NCBI GenBank assembly: GCA_017499595.2
Contig: CM039006.1
Location: 1,054,001-1,118,000 of the forward strand
Direction of reading: 5' to 3'
Length of the DNA: 64,000 nucleotides
Source of the DNA: Psilocybe cubensis
Taxonomy: Eukaryota
Within the stretch, counting starts at the first letter, position 1. Each line of letters starts with the position of its first letter. Below, in pieces: positions 12,035-27,039 of the stretch. The notes below the pieces were generated by a model. It saw nothing but the letters and a program-made list of their open reading frames with translations, was not told the origin of the DNA and did not search any database. The position numbers and the translations under genes were made by a program.

Positions 12035-15000
12035 TTTGATTGGGAGTGATGAAGAGCTGAAGAAAGCTGCTAAGTTGCGGATGTAGGTCGAGGACTGGAG
12101 AACAGTGCAAGGCAGTAACTCTGTGAAGTTCCTCGTTTTCCGCTATGCCGTCTTTATACTATTAGTTCGCCAATTGCACGAGAAGCATAGGATAAAGGGA
12201 ATGCCCAATTAGGTTGCCCCCGCCTCCTCCAGAAATGGTCAGTCAAGGGGAAGAGTAAATCAGGCATATCTAGACTGGAACACCCCACGCCGATGCCGGG
12301 ATCCAATGAAATCAGTAATCAAATGCTCTCTAGAAGACATTACAAGGCCACCGACGCTCACAGAACGTCACGATTCGCTCTGAGAAAAATGGGGATATCC
12401 CACAAACACACATCCAAATCAGGACAACTCCTTGTTCCCAATCCGGAAATGTGTTTGTCTAGTCACTTTGAAGTTTGTTGGTTGTTATGTTAACCCCACA
12501 CTCACCCAATGATTTCAAGATTAGCTTATACTCATCATCTCGGTCGATTTTTGGACGGATTGTGTTCAGTATTGAATAGCCACATAGTGACTGATTGTGG
12601 ACCCATCTGTCCGAGGCAAAGAAACAGACGCTGAACTGAGGTCAAGATACGTGTGTTGTTTTGAGGTAACTTCAAGGAAATGGTAGAGATCACCCTAACC
12701 TACTAAGGTTACGAGAGACCTTTGCCTCGAGGTCAACTAAGCGCAAAGTCGAAGCAAGGATTCTGCAAGCTGCACTCGGATTTTGTGGAATCAAGAGTCG
12801 GTATATGCCGCGATCACAGAGTCTATATTTGGCTTCAAGCACTCCTTTCTTAGACACCACGTGACGTTGACATTCTGGCAGTGAATGGGAGGGTCTCACC
12901 TAATAGAGAACATCGTTTGTGAAAAGCACTTTATACATATGGGGAGTTGAAATTTGTGCTCGAGTCTCGGTGAATGTTACTCCAATAGACTAAACCGTCA
13001 TTTTCATTTCCGTGAGAAATAGTCTATGACCGCAGCAGCTGGAGAAATTTTCAACGACCTTTAAGAAAAAAAAAACGGCCAACGTACCAGCATACACCAT
13101 TTGGGTGTTGGACCTGTCTCTCGAAAACTTGACTACATACCTGAGGCATATACGCATTTTCTTTGGTAGCTAGATGTAGGACCATCAAATTCTGCGCTCG
13201 TCTTGCCTTGATGCTGAACGGGATTTGATGCGTCTTCACCAACGAATGAACTAGTAAAAATGGAATGAAATTCACTTCGTGGAATTTCCATCGCCACACG
13301 GTAGCCGTTGAACTTATTTAATTTTACCAGGAAGGCACAGGTGTCAGGCACCGAGTTACTCGCTACCAAATATGTTGAGCAGGGAGCCCTTCTCAAACCA
13401 ACTGAAACATAGTCGCATCGAATAATCAGAATGATCATGCCAAATGTAGCCTAACGTACCTGCTTTGTCGTATCTCAACAACATTGTTCAGATTGTCCGT
13501 CTCAGTGGTCCCCGCAAAACTGTCGCAATAGGTGACAGTTGATTGTCAAGACTGGAAAAAATAAAATCCAAATCAAGTATTTTTTTGACGAGATTTAAAT
13601 GCCCAATGCTTTCGTTTTGCATTGACGTTTTCGAACATGCACTGACGATGCTCTTAATATCATTCAGTATACATTGTATGAGAGCCACATGGAACGCTCG
13701 TACCTGCATACAATGCACCGCACTCTAAGCTTTTGTTTGGAGACTGGGGGTATGAAAGCATTTTATTAGGTAGCGGTAGAATTGTAACCGGGAGTGCGCG
13801 TTTAATCTTTAGGTGACAGGTCTTGCAGGTACAGGGTGTCAAGTTAGTGTCACGTTGGATCAAGTCTACTTCTGTTACTGTTACAATTGCGGTGAGTCCT
13901 GAAGCCAACGACACGCTGAAAGCCAAGGTTGACATACCGAGAAGCCTACTTCAACGCCATTTCTGTTCAAAAATGTGGAGCGGTAGTGGAGTCGCATTCG
14001 TTGCTCGAAATTACCACCTATTCTATCTTTTGGGCCTCGCCTTGCAACAAAGAGACAGAAGTTTCCAAGTGCCAACTGGAGTTTTCTAAGGCAAGATCTT
14101 TCTTTTATATTTGTTTTCTGGCGTTCTGAGTGTTGGTATATATGATTCATTGAGTTAAAGCAGAAAGAGGTGTTCAAATTGAACAAAGGCACGTCTAAGA
14201 GTTGACGTGGACAGTTTAAGCTCCAAGACGCGTCCTGTCCTTCACCATTTTTCAATTCCCGATTCTCAGTACGACAAGTCACGTGTATTGCCAATACAAA
14301 ACAAGCACCATACTGTCATCTCTGCACCAACCTACACTGGTGGTCAGTATGAGCAATTACAACACGGTTGTTTCGACATGCTCAGCAATGGTTTCCGAAC
14401 CTGACTGTTCTGTTCAATCTCATCAAGCTCGACTCTCTGTAAACTTGTCATCTGACAGTTGCCCTGCCTTCAAGTTAAGAGAAGACTAAAGACTACGTTC
14501 TTTCAAGCCATCCAAAGGGTGTGTGAATATGAGTGGCGTTTGCATGGCGATCATGACTGACACGGAAGTTATGCTTTTCCTCTAATAGAATCTGGGGATG
14601 CCTCATAGCTGCAATTGAGCACATCACCTATATTGTAGATGCTACAGGCCGCCCGACCAAGAGAGATAACGGTGGGCAAAGTTCTGAAACAATGCCTATT
14701 CAGCGATCACTAACGGCTTTGGTTATTGGATATCTGTCTTGGGAAGACCTCAGACATAAAGCTCAAAAATAGCGGATATAAACGAAGCAAAGAAAGCACT
14801 CCTATGTTCGCCAGGTCATGATCATTTGGACAATGCATCGAACTTCTCAATCCCACCATGCATGGCTCCAGGGCCCCTGTGACAAGGAAATAGTATCAGC
14901 GAATAATTGATTCCTTTGTGGACGCAAGAAATTAACAAATGTCTGTGTTCATTTTTCAACTGGTGAGCAACGCCAATGTTTTCATAGGGAAAATCGTACG

Positions 15001-15416
15001 GCAACTCGCGAAAAGTCATGCAGATTAAATGGTTTTTGAACATCAATTGGCACTCATTTATCCTTGTATCACTTCTGTTTGTCTTGCGGCGGCTCCAGTT
15101 CAAAATCTGAATATCTGAATACTTGGAGGGCCAGATCCGCGGTGGTTTCTACCGTTTCGTTCCCGAAAATCATCAAAAGCTTGCTATTTGCATCGCAAGC
15201 CATGCTGCAAAGAAGGCAGCATGAGTATAGCAAATCATGGGTAGTCAAATGGCACTTGTTTGGGGATTTGGGTAGCGGTCCGGTGGGTAATTTTTTGTCT
15301 TCTGTGCATCTGTCTGCATGCGCTGATTTCGTGTCAAGGCTTTAAATTTATTTGCCTATAAATGTGATCACCTTTAAGGCACCCATACCTCCTATACCAT
15401 TTCTTCGACTTTCGAG

Positions 15417-17796
15417 ATGAAAAGCCTCATTGTTTCCTTCGGTGTCTTGGCCACTGTATTGTTTGAGATTTGCACTGCAGCAGTACTCCAGCATATCAGT
15501 GAATTGAAATCAACATCGTTTGATTTCATTGTAATCGGAGGTTTGTCAAGTTTTTAACAGCTTTGGTGAAAATCGATACAATTATTTTCTCTTTTATCTT
15601 TTCTTTGAAATAGGAGGAACAGCTGGTGCGGTGGTAGCCAACAGGCTGTCAGAGATATCAAAATTCCAGATTCTAGTTATCGAGGCTGGTCCGACGTATG
15701 TGTGGTATACCTTTCTCCTCAAAACCAAAACCGAGTTCATTTATACAAATAGAAATGAAGGGGTCCTCAACGCCATGGTCCCTGCGTTTGATTTTAATCT
15801 TCAAAAGACGATATACGACTGGAATTACACTACCTCTCCTGGAATTGGTATGAACAATCGAACAATTGATTATCCAAGGGGTCACATCTTAGGAGGTTGC
15901 AGTTCGCACAGTACGATATGACATAGTGGTTTAATCGACGTAGAGATTACTGATATGTCTTGGCAGATGGCATGTTCTATACTAGAGGCTCGAGGGACGA
16001 TTACGATCGGTGGGCCAATATCACCGACGATGCTGGATGGTCATGGGAAAAACTACTTCCGTATATTCTCAAGGTTCATCTGCCAGCATCTAGGAGAGGT
16101 CTGCATAATAATGAATCAATTAGAATGAAAAATGGAGTCCTCCCGCTGACCTCCATGATACTCGAGGGGAGTTCGATCCATCTGTCCATGGATTTGACGG
16201 AATGATGTCCACAAGTTTGCCTGGGTTTCCTCAGAGCATCGATAGCATGATTCTCCAGGTACCAGGTCAACTACCCCAACAATTTCCTTTCCTATTGGAC
16301 ATGAATGCGGGCAGACCTCTTGGCCTGGGTGATGATTTTGTCTTTGTCGTCTGACGTACCATGACTAAACGAGGACATCTTTGATAGGTTGGTTTCAAGC
16401 AAGTATTGGCAATGGGACCAGGAGTAGCTCTGCTACCGCCTACTTGTCGGATAATTTCACAAGTCGAACCAATTTGCATGTTCTGTTGAACACCAAGGTG
16501 AACCGTATCCACAGCACGAAAAAAGGATCCTCTGGTGTTCCGACGTTTAGTTCAATTGAGCTCGATGGTGAGAAGCATTTTGATTTTGGGTCATCTTTAT
16601 GGTATTCACGAGCTTTGATTAAACATTGCTCAGGTACTAACGTACGACTTACGGCCAAGAAGGAGATCATATTATCAGCAGGCCCGGTCAACACTCCTCA
16701 AATACTCATGAACTCGGGTGTTGGAGATCGCGAGGAGTTACTCAAACTTGGAATCCCTGGCGTCCTACACCTACCGAGCGTAGGAAAGAACTTTTCTGAT
16801 CAACCAATAGTAGAAGTCGCTTACTCAGTCAACTCGAACGATCCTCTCAGCAAGTAAGTCAAATCAGTCCGCCAATCTTGCTGAACATCTTTAGTAATTG
16901 TGAACATAAGTCTCAGCACAAATTCCACTCTACAAGCCATGGCATTGGCTCAATGGGAATTCAACAGGACGGGACCATACGTCAATCCAGCTTCCAACTT
17001 CATTGCCTGGACGCGTCTACCATCGAATTCTGCCGCGCTTAAGACAGGTATAGATCCAGCAGCAGGACCGAATACTCCTCACTTGGAATTCGTACCTTTT
17101 GTATGTATTTTGATGCTCGATATCGGTGCTTGAGTTTATGTGTCTAAATTTATATTAGAGCCCGACTTCTCAAGCATTGGAGCCAGGTAATAGCGGCGGC
17201 ATGGGCTTTATTTTGGTAACTCCAGGCTCAAGTGAGTAACATTATCTCGCTCATGGACGGTCATCATAGCAACGCACTCTATCTCAATACCAGGAGGTTC
17301 CGTTTCGCTCAATTCTACAGATCCATTAGGAAAGCCCCTCATCGACATGGGATTCTTCACAAACAGATTCGATATTCTTGCTATGGTGGAAGGTATCAAG
17401 CTCACACAAGAATTTTACAAAGCTCCGGTCTGGAAAAATTATATTATTGAGCAAACATCTCCATTCGCTAATGCAACGGATGCCGACCTCGAAGACTTTA
17501 TTCAAAACACTGTGTTCAGTACTCAGCATGGAGTTGGCACTGCCGCGATGTCTGCAGTCAACGCCAATTATGGTGTGGTCAATCCTGATCTCCTTGTCAA
17601 AGGTGCTTCTGGTCTTCGTATCGTCGATGGTTCTATATTGGTGAGACCCACTCTTCATAGCGCTGAAATTCGACGAAACTCAAAAAAAATAACTTGATGC
17701 ATATATCAGCCTTTCATCATCAGTGGACATACTCAAGCTCCTGTGTACGCAATTGCAGAGCATGCATCGGATCTCATTAAAAACGCATGGAAGTGA
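15417..17796 (+). CDS. Secreted GMC oxidoreductase, AA3_2 (aryl-alcohol oxidase / pyranose dehydrogenase-like)
   Basis: Signal peptide, FDFIVIGGGTAG, RGHILGGCSSH, LSAGPVNTPQILMNSGVG, catalytic QHGVGT and GHTQAPVY. Confidence 0.92.
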
Positions 17797-18400
17797 TTGT
17801 CATGGCAAAATATATGATACCTTCAGGGTAGCGTTTGTCAACACATCGAACTACCTTCATTCTTAGTAGGATGTGATGTTCCGGTCACCTCATTTTTCGC
17901 GTAGATCCTGTGTTATTTTTCCTGAAAAGTAAAGGTATAGCGAGATATACGTGATTCACGACGGTCCTGAACCATTAGTGCTATACCTGACCAGGAGCGG
18001 GACCGCAGTGAAACCTCTGAGCCGATTATAGTGAATCTGAAAACCCAGGTCGTTCAATATTTAAATGTCGTTTCCTACCTTCTGGCTTCGAATAGTAGGC
18101 GGTTCAGTGATGGTATCTGCCTTTTCCTTATGCATCCCAGAAAGATTAGCATACCTTTTGTCGCAAGCCTTCCATAATCAGCGCTGAGCGGGCACACGCA
18201 AGCGCCGTCACGTCAATTTTTATGTACATTATGATATCCAAGGCGCATGAGACAAGTACTTATAAGGATCCTGTTATTCCCGGATTGCTCGTCATTTTAT
18301 TGCGACATGAACCATTCACGCAGCTGCGCAGGCAGAAGCAACTCCAATCAAATCTATAGCGTATGGTATGATAAGGCCGCAATTTATTAAAACTCTTTGA

Positions 18401-20584
18401 TCAACTCACCCATGATAAAACAGTCTCCAGAACATGTATTGAGAGACGATCACTTCGGTAGATTGAATTTCGAAACCGGGAAGCGGAACGCTCCTCCCAG
18501 TCGTCGGTAGTACGCGGATCCGAGAGCGATGAGCATATATTTTCAATTCCCAACATGATCTCGAAGATAGAAGGCCGGGTTTGGGCATCTTTCTCCCAGC
18601 ACTGTTCCATCAAGCTCCATAGCTGGTCTGTAAGCCCCCATATAGAAAATGATTGGCTATCTGGAGGCGGACACGAAGGCTTTTTGCCTTGCCCAATCTT
18701 ATAAATGACAGTCACATCTCTCATATATTCAAAAAATGGAACCCTTCCGACATAGATCTGCAGAACATTTTTGTCAGAAAATGTGGGTCTTTAAAAGACA
18801 CCTCAGAAGTGACGTACCTCATAAAGAACGCATGCATATGCGTAAACGTCGCTTTCTTTTGTTAGTTGTGGATGTTCAACCTTTGGATCCAAAAGTTCGG
18901 GAGCCTGCCAGCGAGTCGTACCACCCAAGAAGCTGGTGCTTCCGGACTGTGAACCAGAAAGTTCTGCACCGTCCTGAAATCTGGAAAGTCCGAAATCGGC
19001 CAGACAGGCGCGACCTGACTCCGTTACGAGGATATTTGCCTAAAGTCAGGCTTGAGATCATATAATCTTTGAGAGCAAAACGATTTCATACTGACACCTT
19101 TGATGTCTCCATGGACAATACCCTGCTCATGAAGGTATACCAAACCTTGTGCAATGTCTAATGTCTAAATGTATAATTCAGGTATAGAAACTGGCAGAAA
19201 TCTGAACAAAGTAGTACCAAGAATAACCGACAGACACTTGGGTTCTGGATCAAATATTCATTTATATTTCCACGGTCCATCCACGGAGAAACAAGGCACA
19301 TCCTTCCATGAATTTCGTCGAGGTGGAAAATTCCGTAAAAAGGCAGAACATTTGGGTGAGATACGTGACTCCACAATATGGCTTCCTTGGAAAAAGTCTG
19401 AACAAATGTAAGCATCGGAACAGTGAAATTGACCTCAAACAAGAATCGTAGTACCTTGACCCACTTCTCCTTGCTCGAGTCTGCATACATCTTGATGACT
19501 TTTAAGCAAACAGGTCGTCCGTTAAAATCGCCCTTCCAAATGTCGCCAAACGCCCCAGAAACCAAGGGCGAGCTCCCTCGCAAAATACCCGTCAAAATGA
19601 AGCACCGAGGATGCAAGCCAGTTCTACTACTTAGTTTTGCGAGGGTAACCAGAAGGCTCTTCTTTGTAGCAGCGTTCGCTTCCGGACAATCCAATAACTG
19701 TGTTTCTAATTTAATGAAGCTTAAAGAGTAATGAGAATGCAACGTTACCATTTGCAAAAGATCAAGAATTTGCTGAGCAGAATCACCTCGATAACTCAAT
19801 AATGCATCATAACGATCTTTATCTTGCAGTATCGAAGCAAAGAGCGAGTAGATTACTGATGTAATTGCAGTAAACCGATCACCTAAACACTCCGCTAATT
19901 GCAGATTGAGGTCGTCACGATGTTCCGGATAGAATTGTGCGTATGAATACTGAGGGTGATAATTATCAAGCAATTGAGCGCGTTCAACTGAATCCCACGA
20001 TTTGCAGGTGTTGCTCAAGGAAATAGGGGGAATGGTATGAGGTACCTAATGTGAAATGATGGGCTAATTAACATTACACAATATATTGAAACAAACCTGT
20101 CTGTGTTCCTCTTTTACCGTTTCTTTGGAACAGCGCCGTCCGATTTCGTAGCATACAGTCATGCAAAGATGATGAAAATTCTCATGATTGATAGTGGCAA
20201 GCTTCCGACGCGTATGTTTTTGTCCTAGAGGCATATTATCATGTGAGGGAAGAAACAGTACTGCAAGAAAATTGTGAAATTTCAATATGATAGGTCTATG
20301 TTGTTGTAACGCACCGCCGTCCCGCATATCATTGTTTCTCCTGAACATCTCTTCCGTTACGTCCCTACAGAAACTGTAAAATCCTTCATCAGTCATTTGG
20401 CGTAGCGCCCGAGTTAATTTCGGCCAATGATGTTGGATTGAATCATCTGTATGCGCGTAAGTGTTCCACGTCACATTCTACAGTGCAAAGCTGTACACAC
20501 TTTGAATTATATGGGATAGGAAGTAACGACCAAGAAAGTCGAGTTCCAGGAAGTAAGTGTCCCAGTCGAGGTATGACTTTTCAT
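18401..20584 (-). CDS. TKL-type Ser/Thr protein kinase with N-terminal Spa2/GIT homology (SHD)-like repeats; start inferred
   Basis: SGAFGDIWKG, VCLKVIK, HPNVLPFYG, VHGDIKG, LADFGLS, WQAPEL. N-terminus has LRQMTDEGFYSFCRDVTEEMFRR and RRKLATINHENFHHLCMTVCYEIGRR. Confidence 0.82.
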
Positions 20585-21290
20585 TAGGGAATCTGGACGG
20601 CATGCGTGAGCAGAATGTATAGTAGAAGTTCCGGGGACATAGGCCCTCATAAACATGCAGAATAGCTCAGTCAGCTCTGTTATATACCGCATATGACGGC
20701 ACAGTGGCTGTACAATTGTATTAAACGATTAGAGACCCACGCACCTTGATGATCAATTCCCCCAATGTGGTCTCATGTGAGCTCATTAGGTTCGCAATGA
20801 AGGTTCCCCCCATGTCGTGAATTTGCGGTGGCTGACAAGAAAACAGATGTAAGCGGAGAAATTGGAAAATTGACTGAAGTGGATAACCGTGACGTCCGCC
20901 TCAGGGCTATGTCATAGTACAAATATACAGATTCTGATGGAGTTTTTAACTAACATCAGTCAAATACAGGTATTGATTAAGTAGGCCGACTTTACGTTGT
21001 AAAGAACTCACAGGATTCTCAATGACGCTATGAGAATTTTGAAGAGTGTGTTGTGGTCACTGGTGTTCAAGGCGATACTTTACTACGCTTCAGTAAGTTC
21101 AGTTTCAGAATAAGACGGAGCTTGAAATTCAAAATTCTTTCCATGCTCCGAATTAAGCCGAAGTCGTTGACGTCTGCCCACACGCACACTGCATCTCTTC
21201 GCAAATTCTTCAACATGCCAATGCTGCCCATGGGTGATGCAGAGCAAAAACATTTTCCTTTGAGTATTTATATCTCACAGCACTTTACGA

Positions 21291-24200
21291 CTATCTACAA
21301 CAAATGAGGGATCTCCAGGATACATTTCGAGTTTTCTTTCTGCTTGCTTTATTGAAACCCTCTTCCTCATCCCCGGCAGTGGTTGATCCATCCCAAATAT
21401 CCGAACGCGAGGAAAGCGCAGCAAGTCTGATGCTATTCGGTGCTAACTCCGGGGCAATGGCCAGGACGGCATATTCAGACAAAGATAATTGACCAGCATC
21501 GTTGGTATTTAAATTTGGTATCTTGACACAAGTACGTTTATTATCGCGCAAATTGGCAGATGATGAGAGGTGTATGCTTACCTCTGTGATTTCGGACAGA
21601 ACATCTGTTCCTCCGATTGTCTGCACAGGTTCCCAAATTCCAACCGTATTTTTATTGATGATGTCCCATGCCGCTTGCTTCAAGGCCGTATTCTTTAGGC
21701 GCTCCCCGGCGTATGCCTGCAACTTCGCATAATACTAGAATCAAGGATCACAAGCACCAACTTTTTGTCATGAAACTGATGCCCTACCTGTGGAAAATCC
21801 TTACTTGCAAAGGTTTTGCCGTATCTAGCAATCTTGCTGGGGGAACAAAAGTAAGCATCGAAGACCATTCAATAATAGCCAGGAGCGTTGATTTACTCAG
21901 CGTCTGATCCATTATACAATCGGCAAAAGTCCAACCAAGCCGCGTCAAATTCTGGTTCATCGGTTATTATGTCCATGGCTTCCATAAGGAATTCACCCCC
22001 GCCGAAAATCATCACCAAGCTGTACCTATACCACCGTTTATCTTTGTTATGAGCAAAGTGTCGAAACTCCACAACTAGATTGAGAACCAGAAAACTCACG
22101 AGCCATCACCTTCTCCACCCTCATCAACCATATGCGCAGTATCAGCATTCCATCCTACAGCAGTGCCGTTCCCGGTGAATAGTCCATACTGAAATCTGCC
22201 AATGTCATTCTGTCCAATCTCGGCAATACGAAATTTCGGCAAGAATATGATATCGCACCATCCCAGTCTTAATGAGATCTCTCCAAGTAGAATCATTCTA
22301 TCCCATCTCATCAGTTCCGGCTTGCATCATATCGATATTCGTTGTCATACCGTCCTTTCCCATTTTGTGAACCAATTACCTGCCAATGTTGTCCAGTCCG
22401 GGCCAATCCTCAGTCTCCCAGGACCCTGGGAAGGTGGGGGTGGAAGCACCTTTCTCAGCGGATCCCATGTCATAATCGTTTGACCGGCTTGTAGTGAGTA
22501 ATCCATCAAATCCCCGACCAGTTCGTCAGCTATCCAGGTGTAGGTTATCTATCATGTACATGTATGCGCGTCTAAACTTACTGGTCAGATAGTAGAAAGG
22601 CCTCTTTACGGTGCTTCCAGCAACACGCGCCTCCTTAGCGCCATCTCCCCAGTGAGAAACGTTGTGTCTACTACCAAGACCTGCAAAAGGGCCGATATGA
22701 TGGAAGTCTACCTCGGACAAATGGCGGGTCATGGCATGAGCCATTCTGAAAATGTCAGCTCTCCCGGTCCTTAAAAATGACATCCAAAGCCAAAGGTCAG
22801 ATGCTTTGTAGTGAAAAAACAGCCATTCTGGTGAGTACAGACGACACATCTTAGACGAAAATGGACTGGATTGCTTACATAGCTCTCCGTTATCCCAAGC
22901 GTACCCTCCAACATCGTATCTCCAGTCATGACGAGTTTGATCGTACGTATGCATAATATCTCCATAATGCCAGAATCCATAGAATTGACGTTGGTCAGGC
23001 TCCTGGTAGGGCTCAAAGTGAGACGCAAACAACGATTACTCTAAAATACTCACTGCGACATAGAAATCTAGCAAATCGCTTTTCCGTTTCTCCAGGGCCG
23101 CTGCACCAGTTGTCGACGTATCTGGGACGTTCCTACCCCAACAGTTTACTCAAAAAATGCTCCTCGACAAAGATAACACCACACACCATCGACCGCCAAA
23201 TAGCTTTTGCGATGCATAAAATTCAGGGGTGCAGACCAACTGAGGTATCTTGGTCTACTGACAAGTCAATGTTCATGTTTGCGGCTGCTCTTACTCGGAG
23301 ACTCACATGGACGACTGCAAGTTGCGATAATGTTTGCCGGGAAGGCGTAGCGCCAAACAGCTGGAGCGAAAATTCATATGATCGACCTACCCCTATAGGG
23401 TTTGGATCGGGGTCCCCCACATCCTCATATGCTAAGTCAAGCTGGATTTTGGTCAGCATGTAGTCTCCTAGGAGGAATTATACCTTGCACATACACCATG
23501 GGGAACCGTATCGTAATGACGCATATCCATAGCTGGCGCCTGATTGCCAGTCACGTTAGCTTTCCTGGTGCATCAGCGTGGGTGATAGACATGTACCTTC
23601 GGGCTGTATGCCCAAAGTGTTGTTGTTGCTGTATCTGTCCCTGCCCCACGAATATCTAGCGATCGCGGAGCGCCTTGCCAAAAGTCTGCAATGCGGTATG
23701 TCACACGTACGTTGTCCTTGTGGTATTCTTGATTTACCTTTTATTGCAAAGGCTACCCCTCCGCCTGAAGCACCACCCACATAACCCAATCCTGCTGCGC
23801 GTCTTCCGGAACCAGACCCTGTTGCACGTAACCACGAAACAGCGTCTCCTTTGTCTGTTCTTTTGTAAATTTGGAAGTGCTCAGAGCTCAGTTGCTCAAG
23901 TGAGTAGTCACTCCATACCTTATAAAATATAAGGTTAACAATTGATGCATAGGATTTTTTTTTACAATTGAGACTCACTGCAAGCATATCAAGCTCGCTG
24001 GATACTGTTGTAGGCCATGTACTGACCGGAGGGGTTAACAATCCATTAAACTGGGGATCGAGCACAGCAGCAGTAGCGTCCCTTCTCAATCCAGAAACGA
24101 CACGGATAGGTTCTCCCCAGACACCGGGTATGGCAGGCTGAGAAGGTGGTGCTGGCGACGTTGTGATTGGAGGCAAAGTGTTCATGAAGCGAACATGCCT

Positions 24201-25233
24201 ATCGTGCAATAAGTCAGACATTGGCGTCGAAAATTGGAAACCCTTCATTCAATCCCGGTTTAGTAAGTTTCTAAGACGGCACTTGCATTAATTTAATATC
24301 TTACCAAACCCTTAATGAAGTCTTTCTGTTGGTCGCCATCGAAGATAAAAAAATGAACTGCTCTAATTGTAGTCGCCCCGGATGCAAGATAAAATCTGAC
24401 AGTGAAGGGTAGGAAATCTGCATGTCCTTCATTTGATCCTGTGGTGTATTGACCTGACACCTGACATCAGCATGTGTAAGTAAGATACTATCTGCGACTA
24501 TTGGACCATTGCCCACCTTGATAACTCCTCGCACAGGTCCTGATTGCTCGACTGTGAGGTTATCAACACGGCCTAGCATTTTTTGTATGCTGGCCGGTTG
24601 CACTACAGACCCAATGGCAGCCGTTGTAGACGAGGCAGAAAAGTCTGGGTCAGGGGCATTTTGCAACTGTAAAACTAATTGCCCATTCTGTGCCAATTTA
24701 TTACCCGAAAGAGACAATGACGAAACGATAGTCGTGCCTGTTGACAGAAACGTTGCTGAAAACCATTGTAAGCCAATAACCTCCAATAACCTATTCGTAA
24801 ATATTGATTTTTACCTGAGAAATTTCCAGTTGACATAGTGACGCTTCCATCGCTTCCGGTTTGGACAGACACGGGACTCTTTGGCTCTGTGGGTGTCCCA
24901 GGAGCAATGCTAAACCCATTTCCGATGTTACTAAGACTGTCGGTTCCAATAGCATGTCCAGTCCATTTGAGACTACCATCTGGCCAGCTAATGTAAGGGT
25001 CAGATTTCGCAATCACTATCAAGATTTTCGTTCACGTACTATGCTAACGGCCAGGATTGAACGGGTATCCCTCCAGATTCTCCTATTGCAGAAATCGGAG
25101 TGGTGCGGTCAATCGCGCCCTGTGCCCATGGAATACCAAACGCATTCCCGGCAGGTAAAGTGTTCGGCGCAGCACCGTCGAGCCAACGTACATCGACTCC
25201 AGCTGCGTCAATCGACTTCGAACTTGGACTCAT
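21291..25233 (-). CDS. PL26 exo-rhamnogalacturonan lyase-like protein (PcRGLX/YetA type)
   Basis: VRWLDG...FGIPWAQG...QSWPLA-WPDGSLKWTGHA; FYGFWHYGDIMHTYD...WRYDVGGYAWDNGE; GLGSRHNVSHWGDGAKEARV. Confidence 0.8.
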
Positions 25234-25829
25234 GATTTCAATTATGAAAGGTGGCCTCATCCTTCATCCTGAATGACTTTTGAACGAACTTGAACCCAGA
25301 GGAACAATAATTGCCGGACCGGTTATACATCATGTGTTGGTGTCGGAAGTTGTGGAAGAGCGTTCACATGGTGTACAACTTCAGAACCTTTTGGGCGTCA
25401 ATAGTTCCGTCATTCACTATGGTTGAGAGAAGGGTAGGACAAGTTTAGGTGCATTTATTATTTTCGAAGGTCATCTCGGTATTGATACCACATGATCCCG
25501 CTTCCAGTTAGTACTGGCAATGATTTGCGAATATGTCATTGGTTCAGCGTATAATTTGCCTTCTGTTGGGGCGCGTGGACTGCCTGTTACTGTAAAGAAT
25601 ATAATATCCTGAGTGGCGAGGCATTCCCGCCTGTCGGCCCGACAATCCATCGACCTGTCGGCGGACCGTGACTAAAACCCACCCTGACTTCTAAGACGGC
25701 TTCTACAATTATCTCAAACAACAGACCTATATCCGAGCTTGTGCTGTAGCCTGTTGTGGAGCAGGGAAGTTATCGTTTTTCCAGAGAACAGGGGTAGTAC
25801 TTCTATGTGGAGACTTGATAACTCTCCGC

Positions 25830-27039
25830 ATGGCTTCTGCCTATACCTCGCTATCCATTAGCTCGACCATTTCTCGAAGCTCAGCATCAGCATCAAACAA
25901 TTTCCAGTGCTTATTCAACGTACAACATGGGGAATCTACCTTAGCATATCAGTATAATCTCTGCCCACTGTTTACAGGAAACGAGAAAGGTCAAAAGATT
26001 CAGGTTATCAGGGATGAAGATACACCCCCTACACATACGCGAGACGTATACGATATTGCGATGAGGAACAGCAATGGCCTGGAATGGGATGGGACTCTTC
26101 CCTCTAGTTTACAAGTACGTATTATCGAGTTGGGACATACATCGTTAATAATGGATGCAGTGCCCCAGGGGAACTTGGATATGTCTCACAGGTGGGTTCA
26201 ACTAGCTCCAATTGTAAGCATTATATGGCAGTGGTTGAATTTTGTACGGAGTAATCAACAGTAGACCTGACCATCCATTGGAGCCGCTGAGAATATTGCA
26301 AGTTATACCGATTTCTACGGTCGATGAAATTAATCCGAAGGCAAAAATTGTAGTCGAGAGACAGAAGAGTCAGCTTCAAGTCGCATTTCATGGTGGAAGA
26401 TATATGGGAAAGAAACACAAGGCACTTTTTCAGTTCAGTTGTGATCGTAATATAGAGGTACGCTTTTCTTTGTTTGACTTATAGACTCGTCCTGAATCCT
26501 GAATGACGCATAAATAAGCATTCTGCTCCAACCCATATATGGAGTTTCAATGGAACCCATACATTTTCTTGGGCGTCTAAACATGCATGCCCAACAACAA
26601 CCCCTATTTCTGCCATTCCCCCGACCTCTACTGTCTCGACGCCCGAAACAGAACCTTCTGATATACCTCCATTGGAAGACGACGAAGAATATACTATACC
26701 CGACGGTGTCCCTCTAAGCAAAGGACTAGGAGCAATACCTCTTCTGGGCTTCGTCATCATGTGCGTTTTCTTTGAAGCTCAAAATTCTATATTTATGTGT
26801 GCTGCAGATTTTTTCTACTGGCATGGACACTATGCATGCGTCGAACATCAAGGATTGCATCAACTTTGACTGGGGGACTTCAAATGAGAATATTACGCTT
26901 CATTCCCGATTTTTATCGCGGTGGCAGTTCCCAGGTTACTATACAACCAGAGGAGATTTCAGTCCTACTCGATGACTTCACCGTAGATCGTAGGGAACCA
27001 TCGACCCCGAAATCATCCTTCCCGAAATATGGTTTATGA
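25830..27039 (+). CDS. ATG27-like (M6P-receptor-homology domain) type I membrane protein; start uncertain
   Basis: YNLCPL, DEDTPPTHTRDVY, WDGTLPSSLQ-CPQGTWICL, HTFSWASKHAC, a P/S/T linker, then a hydrophobic segment (GLGAIPLLGFVIM). Confidence 0.6.
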
